A stretch of 62,879 nt of DNA, counting the filler. It is 5 parts of 5 records of this genome, joined end to end, with 100 filler letters (N's around TTAATTAATTAA, not from the genome) between each part and the next. Parts side by side here need not be neighbours in the genome. Positions count along the whole stretch, not along the records: positions 16,552 to 45,859 come from SRR31156797_7734; positions 45,960 to 54,096 come from SRR31156797_7736; 3 more parts are not named here. One strand, 5' to 3'. A program made the translations under genes and the position numbers. Shown in pieces: positions 38,712 to 48,220 of the stretch (its first letter is position 1; the number at the start of each line of letters is the position of its first letter). A model generated the notes under the pieces. That model was not told where the DNA came from. It did not search any database and was given only the letters and a program-made list of their open reading frames with translations.

Positions 38712-41361
38712 TTATAATTCCTGCTGCTTCATCAAATTTGTATCTGTGGATTAAGTTTTTAAGTGTTTCAAACTTCTCATCATCCATCATTTGTAATTTA
38801 CAATTATCTAGTTCATCCAATAAAGGCTTACAGATATTTGGTCTTTTTGATTGAAGTGCTTTTTTAAGCTTTTCAAACAACTCTTTTTCATAAGAAAGAG
38901 ACACAATAATTTTCTTCAATTCTCTATTATGTTTCATTGTTTCTTGTAAATTTAGAGCGGGCCTTTTTTCTAAGTTTATATCATTCTGCTGGTTTTGAAC
39001 TGTTTGTAATGGAAGTACAAAATAAAACTCACTCCCTTTTCCAACCTCACTTGTTACCCACATCTCTCCACCCATTAAATGGATAAGCTCTTTTGATATA
39101 GTGAGCCCTAATCCTGTCCCTCCATAATTTCTTGTAGTGGTATCATCTGCTTGTGTAAATGGTTCAAATATCTTTCCGAGTTGTTCTTTAGTCATACCAA
39201 TACCTGTATCACTTACACAAAATTGATATTCTTCATTTTTAAGTTTGGATACTCTTACAGTAACTTTTCCATTATCTGTAAACTTTATTCCATTGGAAAC
39301 CAAATTAATTAAAACTTGCTCAATTCGTAATCCATCTCCAATAAGATGATTTGGAACATCTTTTTCAATAATTATTGAAAATTCAATATTATTTTCCATC
39401 GCCTTTGTAGGAACAATTGATTCAATATTTCGTTTGATCATATCAAATGAAAACTCACTTTTAATGATATTCGTTTTCCCCGCATCTATTTTAGAGATAT
39501 CTAATACATTATTTATAAGTTCAAGAAGTGTGTTTGCAGCAATATCAATCTTATCTAAATAGTTTTTTTGCTTCTCATCAACACTAAGTTCTTTTGCTAA
39601 ATAGGTCATATTTACTATAGAGTTCATAGGGGTTCTTATCTCATGGGAGATATTAGCTAAAAAATTAGATTTTACCATCAACGCTTGTTTTGTGATCTTT
39701 TGTTGTTTTTTGAGCTCTTTATTAAAGTTCTCCAGCTTTCTATTCCAATATAAAACAAGGATAATAGCTAAAAGTGCAAGAATAACAATCTGCCAGATCT
39801 TATTATAATCTACCTTTTGTTCATACTTTACAGACACCCATCTATTATAGATATCAGTTCTAGTGGAGAGATCAATCGAATTTAGTGTTTTTTCTAATAT
39901 AGAGTGTAATATTGGATCATTTTTTTGTGAAGCGATAGAAAGTTCCCAATGGTGTTCAAACTTCCCTGCAATTTTCAGCTCCCCTAAATATTTATTTTGT
40001 AAAAGATATCCAATTGATGCTAAAGTACCAATAGCTCCAAATATCTCATCTTTTACAACCATATCTAAAGTCTCTTCAGTATTTTTTGCAGTAACTATGA
40101 TTAGATTTGGATACATCTTTTTTAAAACATCAACTGATGCATACCCTTTTGGCATAGCAACTTTTTTTCCCTCTAAAAGTGCTAGATCAGCTATAAAATT
40201 TATATCATTTTTTGTAGCTATCACAAAGGGAACTCTTAAATATGGACTACCAAAACTCAAAAACTCTTCCCTTTGAGATGTTTTCATTGCAAGAAAGGAA
40301 AGGATCTCACATTTACCCTCTTTAGCATACTCTATACTTTCTCCCCATGAGTTTGTTTTAATAAGTTTAAAGGGTATAGATAATTTATCCTCAAAAATAT
40401 CTTTATAATCCATTGATATACCTGTATGCATATTATTTACATACCCTTCAAAAGGCATCCAGTCTGGATCAATACAATAGGAGATAGACTTTTTTGACTT
40501 TAAATAACTTAATTCTTTTTTTGTAAACAGTGCAAAAAACTTTTGCTTTTTATCACTTAATTGATCTCTTAGATCTAAGTTAATGATCCATTTATCTAAG
40601 ATCTCTTCATATTTTTGAGAACTAATTTGCAAAATTGACTTTTGGATGATCGAATGAAGTAATGGCTCTTCTTTTATTATTCCAAAACGAAGATCCTCTT
40701 TTTTTATAGAAGTAAACTCTGCAATAGGTTTTATACTTGTAATAGCAGCTTTTTTAATTGCTTTTGTTCCAGAGGTATAAGAAGCTAAAAAATAATCTAT
40801 ATTTCCTAAAACCATCTGTTTTACTTTCTCATCACTTCCTGTTACTTCAACCACATCTATCCCATAACTTTTTAATTCATTTATATAAAATATACTTTTA
40901 CTCACCGCTACTTTTTTATTTTGTAAAGAATCTAATCCATTATACTCATTATTGTTTTTTAAACCAAAAAGATAGGTTGGTATCTCATAAAATGGTTTAC
41001 TAAATAGACTAAACTCTTCTCTTTGTTTTGTATGAGATATTCCACTGATCATATCTACTTTTTTCTCTTTAAACTTATTAAGAGCCTCTGTCCAATGGGA
41101 GAGTTCTATAGAAAACTTTAAGCCTGAGATTGAAGAGATCTCATTTAAAATATCTTTACTCATACCTTGGTGGAGATTATCTTCGATAAATGAAAAAGGT
41201 TTAAAATTGTCAAGCATCGCTATTTTTACATCTGGATGGGTTTTTATATACTCTTTTTCCTCTTCTGTAAAAAGTGTTTCATTAGAATCCAATGCATAAA
41301 CAGAAAGATTCAAGATGCAAAAATTAATGATTAACAGGAAAAGTAATCTCAAAATGTGCAC
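38704..41361 (-). CDS. Membrane histidine kinase with two periplasmic binding-protein (SBP_bac_3) domains
   Basis: Signal peptide, two PBPb repeats, TM, SHEIRTP, NLVSNGIKFT, DTGIG, GGTGLGL; no REC domain. Confidence 0.9.
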   Translation of the reverse strand: MHILRLLFLLIINFCILNLSVYALDSNETLFTEEEKEYIKTHPDVKIAMLDNFKPFSFIEDNLHQGMSKDILNEISSISGLKFSIELSHWTEALNKFKEKKVDMISGISHTKQREEFSLFSKPFYEIPTYLFGLKNNNEYNGLDSLQNKKVAVSKSIFYINELKSYGIDVVEVTGSDEKVKQMVLGNIDYFLASYTSGTKAIKKAAITSIKPIAEFTSIKKEDLRFGIIKEEPLLHSIIQKSILQISSQKYEEILDKWIINLDLRDQLSDKKQKFFALFTKKELSYLKSKKSISYCIDPDWMPFEGYVNNMHTGISMDYKDIFEDKLSIPFKLIKTNSWGESIEYAKEGKCEILSFLAMKTSQREEFLSFGSPYLRVPFVIATKNDINFIADLALLEGKKVAMPKGYASVDVLKKMYPNLIIVTAKNTEETLDMVVKDEIFGAIGTLASIGYLLQNKYLGELKIAGKFEHHWELSIASQKNDPILHSILEKTLNSIDLSTRTDIYNRWVSVKYEQKVDYNKIWQIVILALLAIILVLYWNRKLENFNKELKKQQKITKQALMVKSNFLANISHEIRTPMNSIVNMTYLAKELSVDEKQKNYLDKIDIAANTLLELINNVLDISKIDAGKTNIIKSEFSFDMIKRNIESIVPTKAMENNIEFSIIIEKDVPNHLIGDGLRIEQVLINLVSNGIKFTDNGKVTVRVSKLKNEEYQFCVSDTGIGMTKEQLGKIFEPFTQADDTTTRNYGGTGLGLTISKELIHLMGGEMWVTSEVGKGSEFYFVLPLQTVQNQQNDINLEKRPALNLQETMKHNRELKKIIVSLSYEKELFEKLKKALQSKRPNICKPLLDELDNCKLQMMDDEKFETLKNLIHRYKFDEAAGIINE

Positions 41362-42421
41362 CTTTATATTCTTTATTTTTATGTTGAAACTTTTTATTCT
41401 CTACTTCTATCTCCCCTTTTAAAGAATATGTTACTAATAAATAAACTTTAAATAGATTTAAGCCTTTTCCTAAAGATCTATGTTCTGTTGTAAAATAAGG
41501 CTCAAAAATCTTATCTATGATTGATGTAGCTATCCCTCCACCATTATCAAAAAAGTCAAAAACTATTTGATCATGCTCTTGTGATACACTGATAAAAATA
41601 AGTTTTTCATCTAAGTTTTGTAATACTTCTATAGAGTTATTAATAAGAGTTTGAATGATACTTAGTATATCAACTTCATTTGCATAACATTTTATTGAAG
41701 GATCAATATCTATAATAAATTCAATTTGTTCCTCCTCTTTGATAAAAGAGGTGCTATTTTTAAAGATCAATTCACGAAGATTAATATAGCTTTTACTCCT
41801 ATCTTCTAAAAGCATTCGAAACTGCTCAACAGTACTTGCTAAATAATCACAACTATCCAATGTGGTATGACAAAACTGATAAAAATCTTCATCATTTAAA
41901 GAGTTTAGCTCTTTTTGTATCATCATTCCACTGACTGATGTTGTTATTACAGAGAGTGGTTGTTTCCATTGGTGAGAAATATTTCCTATAAGATCTCTAA
42001 GAGCAAGATATTTATCTTTTAGAGCTAACTCTTTTTGCTGTTTTATAAGTTTTAATTGAGTTTTTATTCTCGCCATTAACTCAATTGGTCTAAATGGTTT
42101 TACAATATAATCAACTCCACCCACTTCAAAAGCTTTTTCTATACTATTATCATCAAGTTTTGCAGTTAAAAACATTACTGGTATAGAGGAATAAACGGGA
42201 TCTTTTTTTATATGTTCACACACTTCAAAACCATCCATATTAGGCATCATAATATCTAAAAGGATTAGATCAATAGAATTATCTGCGTTTATAATATTTA
42301 GAGCTTCTTTTCCACTTGTTGCTACAATAAGATCATACTCATTTAAAAATTCTAATAAAATATCTATATTTGAAACCGTATCATCTACTATAAGAATGGT
42401 TGCTTTTTTATCATTTTTCAA
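41324..42421 (-). CDS. Cytoplasmic REC-histidine kinase hybrid
   Basis: REC (VDD, LDIMMP, VKP); ISHQWKQP; DNGGG; altered G2 box GKGLNL. Confidence 0.88.
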   Translation of the reverse strand: MKNDKKATILIVDDTVSNIDILLEFLNEYDLIVATSGKEALNIINADNSIDLILLDIMMPNMDGFEVCEHIKKDPVYSSIPVMFLTAKLDDNSIEKAFEVGGVDYIVKPFRPIELMARIKTQLKLIKQQKELALKDKYLALRDLIGNISHQWKQPLSVITTSVSGMMIQKELNSLNDEDFYQFCHTTLDSCDYLASTVEQFRMLLEDRSKSYINLRELIFKNSTSFIKEEEQIEFIIDIDPSIKCYANEVDILSIIQTLINNSIEVLQNLDEKLIFISVSQEHDQIVFDFFDNGGGIATSIIDKIFEPYFTTEHRSLGKGLNLFKVYLLVTYSLKGEIEVENKKFQHKNKEYKGAHFEITFPVNH

Positions 42422-42443
42422 AAAGATCCTTTCTGTTAAATTG

Positions 42444-42481
42444 ATTATATCAAAAAAGTGTCACAAAAATCCGTCACAAAA
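42444..42481 (-). promoter_or_regulatory. Extended -10 with upstream direct repeats
   Basis: TGATATAAT (42444-42452) and two TTTTGTGAC copies (42460-42468, 42473-42481) on the minus strand. Confidence 0.45.
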
Positions 42482-42486
42482 TGAAA

Positions 42487-43926
42487 TTATTTCATATTTT
42501 CTAAATCTTCCACCACTGGCATAAGTATTTGATTGAATTTATAATTATCAAATGAAAGCAAATCGCTATCGGTTGAGAAGAATTTTATTCTTCTTTTTTG
42601 AAACATCTCCTCTTTTAATGGAAGGATCTGTAAAGCATTATGCTCTTTTTTTAATCTTTCAATCGGATTAGAATCTTTCTCTTCAATAATATTAATATTT
42701 TGATTAAATATTTTTGCTAGATTTTGTAAATGTCCTACAAGATTATTTCTATCTTTATCTCCAATTGGATCAATATCTAACACTTTTGGGATGATCTTTA
42801 ATTGTGTTGAGATATCAAAAAGTGTAGGAGAGATCTGCTCATATAATTTATCTTCCCCTAATAATAGTAGTGAATTTTTCAGTGAGGAGATATTTTCACT
42901 TCCAAGTTTAAAAATAGGAAGTTTTAAACGAATAATATCTTTGATCGCCTCTTTATATTCCAATAAACTATGAGTTAACACTACCATTCCTATATCATAT
43001 TTGATCTTATCAACTTTTAAGATCTTATGAATACCAAGGTTATAATAATCTATCTCAACTCTTACATTTTCTATAGTATGAAGATAAAACTTTACTTTAT
43101 TTAATGATTCTATATCATTTGGTCTAGTAATTTTTACAATAAGCTCTGAATTTTTTAATCTTTGATGCAAGATTTTACAATCCTCTATAGCATCAAGTAT
43201 CTCCTCTTCACTTTGGATATACATATCGATATATAAATAGATATTACTTCCAAAAGGCATAGGAAACTGCGTACTTGATTTTGAGATCGTATTATATACT
43301 TGAATCAATACATCTGGTTTTCCTATTATGATAATGATATCATTTGGTTTCATAATAAGTGATGGCTTAATATTGATCAATTTTTCATTTCTATAAATAG
43401 CGACTATTTTCCAATTCTTCTGTCCAATACTTCCGATATATCTATAAGCATAAGTACTTCCAAAAGGGACTTTGATCTCCATGATCTCACCCTCACGAAG
43501 ACCAATATTTTGAGCAAATACAGGAATATTTGGAAGCTGTTCTACTAAACCATTTGATAAAATTTGATTACTTCTATAATATTTTATATTTTTATCATTA
43601 AGCTCCAAATCCCACTGATCATATAAAGCAAAATTTAAATCTTTATATTTCATACGAATATTTGCCACAACTGCTATAGTATCCTCTTTTGTTGCCAAAG
43701 CAACCAAAGCATCTTGATATAAAGCTTTATCCAAAACAAACTTTAGTTTTGAATGACTGGTTGGATCAAATTTATACAAGGTAAAATTTGAAGGAAGAGA
43801 CTCTGTAAATATAGAATCATCATTATATACGATATCATATTGATTAAGATTGTTATTCAAATCAATCATTCTTTTAACAAGATACTTGGCGATTTTCCCA
43901 TCTAGGATTACTAATACATTTTTCAT
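42487..43926 (-). CDS. COG3400-like protein with a TrkA-C domain
   Basis: AQNIGLREGEIMEIKVPFGSTYAYR...WKIVAIYR pattern typical of Campylobacterota. Confidence 0.75.
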   Translation of the reverse strand: MKNVLVILDGKIAKYLVKRMIDLNNNLNQYDIVYNDDSIFTESLPSNFTLYKFDPTSHSKLKFVLDKALYQDALVALATKEDTIAVVANIRMKYKDLNFALYDQWDLELNDKNIKYYRSNQILSNGLVEQLPNIPVFAQNIGLREGEIMEIKVPFGSTYAYRYIGSIGQKNWKIVAIYRNEKLINIKPSLIMKPNDIIIIIGKPDVLIQVYNTISKSSTQFPMPFGSNIYLYIDMYIQSEEEILDAIEDCKILHQRLKNSELIVKITRPNDIESLNKVKFYLHTIENVRVEIDYYNLGIHKILKVDKIKYDIGMVVLTHSLLEYKEAIKDIIRLKLPIFKLGSENISSLKNSLLLLGEDKLYEQISPTLFDISTQLKIIPKVLDIDPIGDKDRNNLVGHLQNLAKIFNQNINIIEEKDSNPIERLKKEHNALQILPLKEEMFQKRRIKFFSTDSDLLSFDNYKFNQILMPVVEDLENMK

Positions 43927-43933
43927 GGCAATT

Positions 43934-43967
43934 ATTATACCAATTGTTAGCTAATTTATGATAAAAT
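43934..43967. promoter_or_regulatory. Divergent extended -10 promoters
   Basis: TGGTATAAT (minus, 43934-43942) and TGATAAAAT (plus, 43959-43967). Confidence 0.5.
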
Positions 43968-43996
43968 CCAACTTTTTAAAGATTTAAAGGGATAAA

Positions 43997-44323
43997 ATGG
44001 AACCAGAAATCAGAAAGCTTCCTACAAAAACAATTATAACCATTGTATCGCTTGTGATTCTTGGTATAATGATTTTTTTTATTGCCAGTGCAGGAAAAGC
44101 AACAAAAGCTGTAAAGATATTACATAAATTAGGATTCGAAGATGTGTCACATGTGACAGTTTATGCAACACAAGAGTTTTTACGTGAAGATATCAATGTC
44201 AAAGGGATCAAATATACGGTAAGTTTTACCAATAATCTTACAAAAGAACAATGCAAAGGCTTTATTTTACGAGACTATAAAGGGAATGTAGAAAAAGATC
44301 TACTTTGTAAAAAGGAACAATAA
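43997..44323 (+). CDS. Hypothetical membrane-anchored protein
   Basis: AAGGGA RBS, N-terminal TM segment, two C-terminal Cys. Confidence 0.7.
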   Translation: MEPEIRKLPTKTIITIVSLVILGIMIFFIASAGKATKAVKILHKLGFEDVSHVTVYATQEFLREDINVKGIKYTVSFTNNLTKEQCKGFILRDYKGNVEKDLLCKKEQ

Positions 44324-44325
44324 CA

Positions 44326-45318
44326 ATGAACTTAAAAAATGAAATAAACTACTCGATCTGGTGCGACTTTATAGAAAGAGACTTTCTAGAAAATGGATTT
44401 AAAACTTTAATTGAAGATAAAACTATCCATGGAGCAACAAGCAATCCAGCGATCTTTCAACAATCTATTACAAGCTCAAGTGCCTATTCACAACAAATGA
44501 ACATGCTTCAAGCTAATGAGCCTAAAAAGATCTATGAAGAGTTAGCTACTACTGATATTAAAAGTGCAGCAAAACTTTTAAAACCACTGTTTGATGAAGA
44601 TGCAAATGATGGATTTATCTCTTTAGAAGTAGATCCAACACTATGTGATGATATGATGGGAACTATTGAAGAGGGAGCAAGACTTCATAATCAAATAGGA
44701 TTTGAAAATGTTATGATCAAGATCCCAGCTACTGAAGCTGGATATGGAGCTATGACAGAACTTACAGCTTTAGGAATCAGTGTAAATGCAACACTTATTT
44801 TTTCTCCAGAACAGGCTAGAAAAGCTGCTGAGGCTTTAAATAAGGGAATTAAAAAAAGTGGGAAAGATACAAAAGGGGTAGTTTCTATCTTTGTAAGTAG
44901 ATTTGATAGAATGTTAGATAATGAATTAAAAGCAAAAGATCTTCCACTAGCAAAAACAGGTATCTACAATGCAGCACTTTGTTACCATGAGATAGAAAAA
45001 GTTGGAAATAAAAATGTAAGAACTCTTTTTGCAAGTACAGGGGTAAAAGGGGATGATCTAAAACCAAGTTATTATATTGATGAACTTATCTATCCAAATA
45101 GTATCAATACAGCTCCACTAAATACTATCGAAGCATGGCAAGAGGATGGATCAAAAAAACCTACAAAAGTGATACCCCAAGAGGAATGTATCAAATATTT
45201 TGAAACCTTGAAAAAAAATAAAATAAACATGGATAAAGTGTATAAAAAATTGCTTCAAGATGGATTGAGTGCATTTAAGGTATCATTTCAAGAATTATTA
45301 GAAAAAGTAAAAGTATAA
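44326..45318 (+). CDS. tal: Transaldolase
   Basis: [42 protein letters not shown]. Confidence 0.95.
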   Translation: MNLKNEINYSIWCDFIERDFLENGFKTLIEDKTIHGATSNPAIFQQSITSSSAYSQQMNMLQANEPKKIYEELATTDIKSAAKLLKPLFDEDANDGFISLEVDPTLCDDMMGTIEEGARLHNQIGFENVMIKIPATEAGYGAMTELTALGISVNATLIFSPEQARKAAEALNKGIKKSGKDTKGVVSIFVSRFDRMLDNELKAKDLPLAKTGIYNAALCYHEIEKVGNKNVRTLFASTGVKGDDLKPSYYIDELIYPNSINTAPLNTIEAWQEDGSKKPTKVIPQEECIKYFETLKKNKINMDKVYKKLLQDGLSAFKVSFQELLEKVKV

Positions 45319-45328
45319 GGAAAACCAA

Positions 45329-45859
45329 ATGGGGAATAATTGGAAACCAAATAGTTGGAGAGACTTTCCTATAAAGCAACAACCAACTTATGAAGATCTA
45401 AAAAAATTAACGAAAATTGAAAAAGAGTTAGCAACTTATCCACCACTTATCTTTGCAGAAGAAGCAAGAACTTTAAAGTCGCGTCTTGCAGATGTGGCAA
45501 ATGGAAAAGCATTTTTACTTCAAGGTGGAGATTGTGCTGAGAGTTTTAAAGCATTTGATGCTGGAAATATCAAATCACTTTTCCAAGTAATGATGCAGAT
45601 GGCTGTAGTGATGACTTTTAGTGGTGAAAAACCAGTAGTAAAAGTAGGAAGAATCGCTGGACAATTTGCAAAACCAAGATCAAGTGATTTTGAAACGGTA
45701 AACGGTGTAGAGTATCCAAGCTATAGAGGAGATATCGTAAATGATATTGAAGCTGATATCAAAGCTAGAACTCCAAATCCTAAAAAACTCTTAAAAGCAT
45801 ATAACCAAAGTGCAGCAACTCTTAACCTTTTAAGAGCATTTGCAAGAGGTGGTATGGCT
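45329..45859 (+). CDS. Class II DAHP synthase (3' partial)
   Basis: [42 protein letters not shown]. Confidence 0.95.
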
Positions 45860-45959
45860 NNNNNNNNNNNNNNNNNNNNNNNNNNNNNNNNNNNNNNNNN
45901 NNNTTAATTAATTAANNNNNNNNNNNNNNNNNNNNNNNNNNNNNNNNNNNNNNNNNNNN
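45860..45959. other. Artificial contig spacer
   Basis: N-run with TTAATTAATTAA. Confidence 0.98.
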
Positions 45960-46026
45960 ATCCCGTACTTTAAGGGTTTTTAGCGAAGTGATGAATTAAA
46001 TTATCTATCTAGTAATTATTAGTATT

Positions 46027-46059
46027 GAGAGCGAATTATAGTTTTCGCTCTTTTTTTTT
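46027..46059 (+). terminator. Intrinsic terminator of an upstream gene not in the window
   Basis: AGAGCGAA...TTCGCTCT followed by a T run. Confidence 0.7.
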
Positions 46060-46071
46060 GCCAAAAAAGGG

Positions 46072-46115
46072 TTGATTTTTACAGAAACATAGTGTACTAT
46101 TTTACTAGAACACTA
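46072..46115 (+). promoter_or_regulatory. sigma70-type promoter overlapped by a YtrA-type operator
   Basis: TTGATT-17 bp-TACTAT; inverted repeat TAGTGTACTA-N6-TAGAACACTA (46090-46115). Confidence 0.65.
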
Positions 46116-46220
46116 GTAAGCTGGTTTGTGTGGTGGAAAAAAAATATAAAAAATGGAAATTCCTTAAAGTAAAAGGTTTGAGAGTTTCCGAGAGCACATT
46201 CATTATAAAAGGAGGTTCAT

Positions 46221-46598
46221 ATGGAATATGACAATAGTCTCCCGATATATCTGCAGATAATTAATTATGTGAAGAAGCAACTGATAAAAGGAGATCTAAG
46301 TTTAGGAGAAAAATTACCATCAACGAGAGATATGGCAAAAAGCCTTAAAGTTAATCCAAATACAATAGCCAGAGTATATAAAGAACTTGAAGCGATGAGG
46401 ATTACGTTTACCAGACGTGGAATGGGAACATATATTACTGAAGATATATTAGTTATGGAGGAAATAAAAAAAGCTATGGCAGATGAAATGTTAAAAAGTT
46501 TTATTACCGGAATGCAAGATATTGGTTATGATCGAGAAGAAATACTAAAAATGATTGTGAATTTTGAGGAGGGATCAGATGTTACTGAAAACGACTGA
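46221..46598 (+). CDS. GntR-family regulator, YtrA subfamily
   Basis: PIYLQI...LPSTR...VNPNT...RRGMGT; short C-terminal domain; precedes ABC genes. Confidence 0.93.
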   Translation: MEYDNSLPIYLQIINYVKKQLIKGDLSLGEKLPSTRDMAKSLKVNPNTIARVYKELEAMRITFTRRGMGTYITEDILVMEEIKKAMADEMLKSFITGMQDIGYDREEILKMIVNFEEGSDVTEND

Positions 46599-47268
46599 TT
46601 TAAATAAAGGTTTTTTTAGAAAAAAAGTTTTGCAAGGATTTGATCTTGAGATAGAACAAGGTTACATCTATGGATTAGCTGGGCCTAACGGAAGTGGTAA
46701 ATCAACTTTTATGAAAATAATATGTGGCCTAATGCAGAAAACCAGTGGTGAGATCAAATATATGGATGAAGCATATACTGCTAAAAGCAGATACAGCATA
46801 ACATACCAACCAACAGAAAGTTATTTCTACAAATGGATGAAAGTAAAAGATACAGTTACTTTTTATCAGGAGTTTTATAAAGATTTTAATAAGGAAAAAG
46901 CTTTAAAACTCATAGAAGAGATGAGTTTGGATTTAGAGCAGAAAGTGAGTTCACTAAGTACAGGACAAGAGGGAAGATTGAAAGTCCTATTAGCACTTTC
47001 AAGAAATGCAAAGCTCTATATGTTAGATGAGCCATTAAATGGAATTGATCCTGTAAGTAGAGATAAAATATTAGATCTTATTTCAGAAGAGATAGATGGA
47101 GAGAAAACGATAATTATTTCAAGTCACTTGATAAAAGAGTTTGAAACTATTCTCGATAAAATAATTTTCTTAAAAGATGGCAAAACATTTTTAAATAGAG
47201 ATTGTGATGAGCTTAGAATGGAGCAAAATATGTCAATTCATGATTACTATAAAGAAATATATAGTTGA
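46579..47268 (+). CDS. ABC transporter ATP-binding protein
   Basis: GPNGSGKST, LSTGQ, LDEP, SSH; ATG 46579 after GAGG preferred to the track start at 46564. Confidence 0.92.
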   Translation: MLLKTTDLNKGFFRKKVLQGFDLEIEQGYIYGLAGPNGSGKSTFMKIICGLMQKTSGEIKYMDEAYTAKSRYSITYQPTESYFYKWMKVKDTVTFYQEFYKDFNKEKALKLIEEMSLDLEQKVSSLSTGQEGRLKVLLALSRNAKLYMLDEPLNGIDPVSRDKILDLISEEIDGEKTIIISSHLIKEFETILDKIIFLKDGKTFLNRDCDELRMEQNMSIHDYYKEIYS

Positions 47269-47285
47269 AAAGAAAGGGGAAATAA

Positions 47286-48059
47286 ATGATCAATTTAATT
47301 AAACATGAAGTAAGATTACGAAGCAAATTTTCAGTAATTGCTTTGAGTATATATTTAATAGAGCATCTTTATGTAGCGTTTAAAATATCAGATAATATGA
47401 TAGAAGAGACTTTCTTTATATTATTAATAAATACTTTTTTTACTACATTAATACTAATGGGAGTTACCTTCATGCACAGTATTGTGGATTATAACTCACA
47501 TTTGAAACCAAAACCAGGTTATATGTTATTAATGGCCAATGTTAGTAGAAGAGAGTTTATTATTGCCAAATTAGGAGTAATATTCTCAGAGACATTTATC
47601 ATTGGTCTAATTGCAATGGCATCTTTTTTTATACAGTTTATAGCTTTTGATTTGTTCGAAATGATAAACTCACCAAATTTTGAAATAGGATTTCATATTC
47701 AAAATGGTGATATTCAATATGCAATACTTCACTTCGTAAGAATGGTATTTTTCTTATCTATAGAATATTTGATAGCGATAAGTATATTTATTTTTGCAAT
47801 AACACTTAAAACTTTTCTGTTAAATGGTCGAAAATTTGGAGGAATATTAACTTTTTTAATTGCAGGGGCAATAATATTTATTAAAAGTTTTACATTCGAT
47901 ATCATTAACTTAGATCATTCACAAATAATTGGGAGATTTTCACATCACCATAATAGTGTGAGTACCGTAAGTGCTCAAATGATGGTGTATGAAGTTGTTT
48001 CACTGGCACTTTTAATTATTGCAATAATTTATTTAGTTGAGAAAAAATTAGATGTTTAA
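47286..48059 (+). CDS. ABC-2 type permease
   Basis: About six TM segments; GYMLL...VSRREFIIAK motif. Confidence 0.75.
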   Translation: MINLIKHEVRLRSKFSVIALSIYLIEHLYVAFKISDNMIEETFFILLINTFFTTLILMGVTFMHSIVDYNSHLKPKPGYMLLMANVSRREFIIAKLGVIFSETFIIGLIAMASFFIQFIAFDLFEMINSPNFEIGFHIQNGDIQYAILHFVRMVFFLSIEYLIAISIFIFAITLKTFLLNGRKFGGILTFLIAGAIIFIKSFTFDIINLDHSQIIGRFSHHHNSVSTVSAQMMVYEVVSLALLIIAIIYLVEKKLDV

Positions 48060-48083
48060 AACAATTCAAATTTGATTTTTTAG

Positions 48084-48114
48084 TAAAAGTCCTTTTTATG
48101 AGGACTTTTATTTT
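48084..48114 (+). terminator. Intrinsic terminator
   Basis: TAAAAGTCCT-TTTTATG-AGGACTTTTA followed by TTTT. Confidence 0.7.
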
Positions 48115-48220
48115 GTATTGTATCATTAGAAATATCTGCCTTGATATAATAATTGTGCTATAATATATACGGGAAAAGAAAGAATTGATTTTGATAAAAG
48201 TCATATAAGGAGATAGTGTT

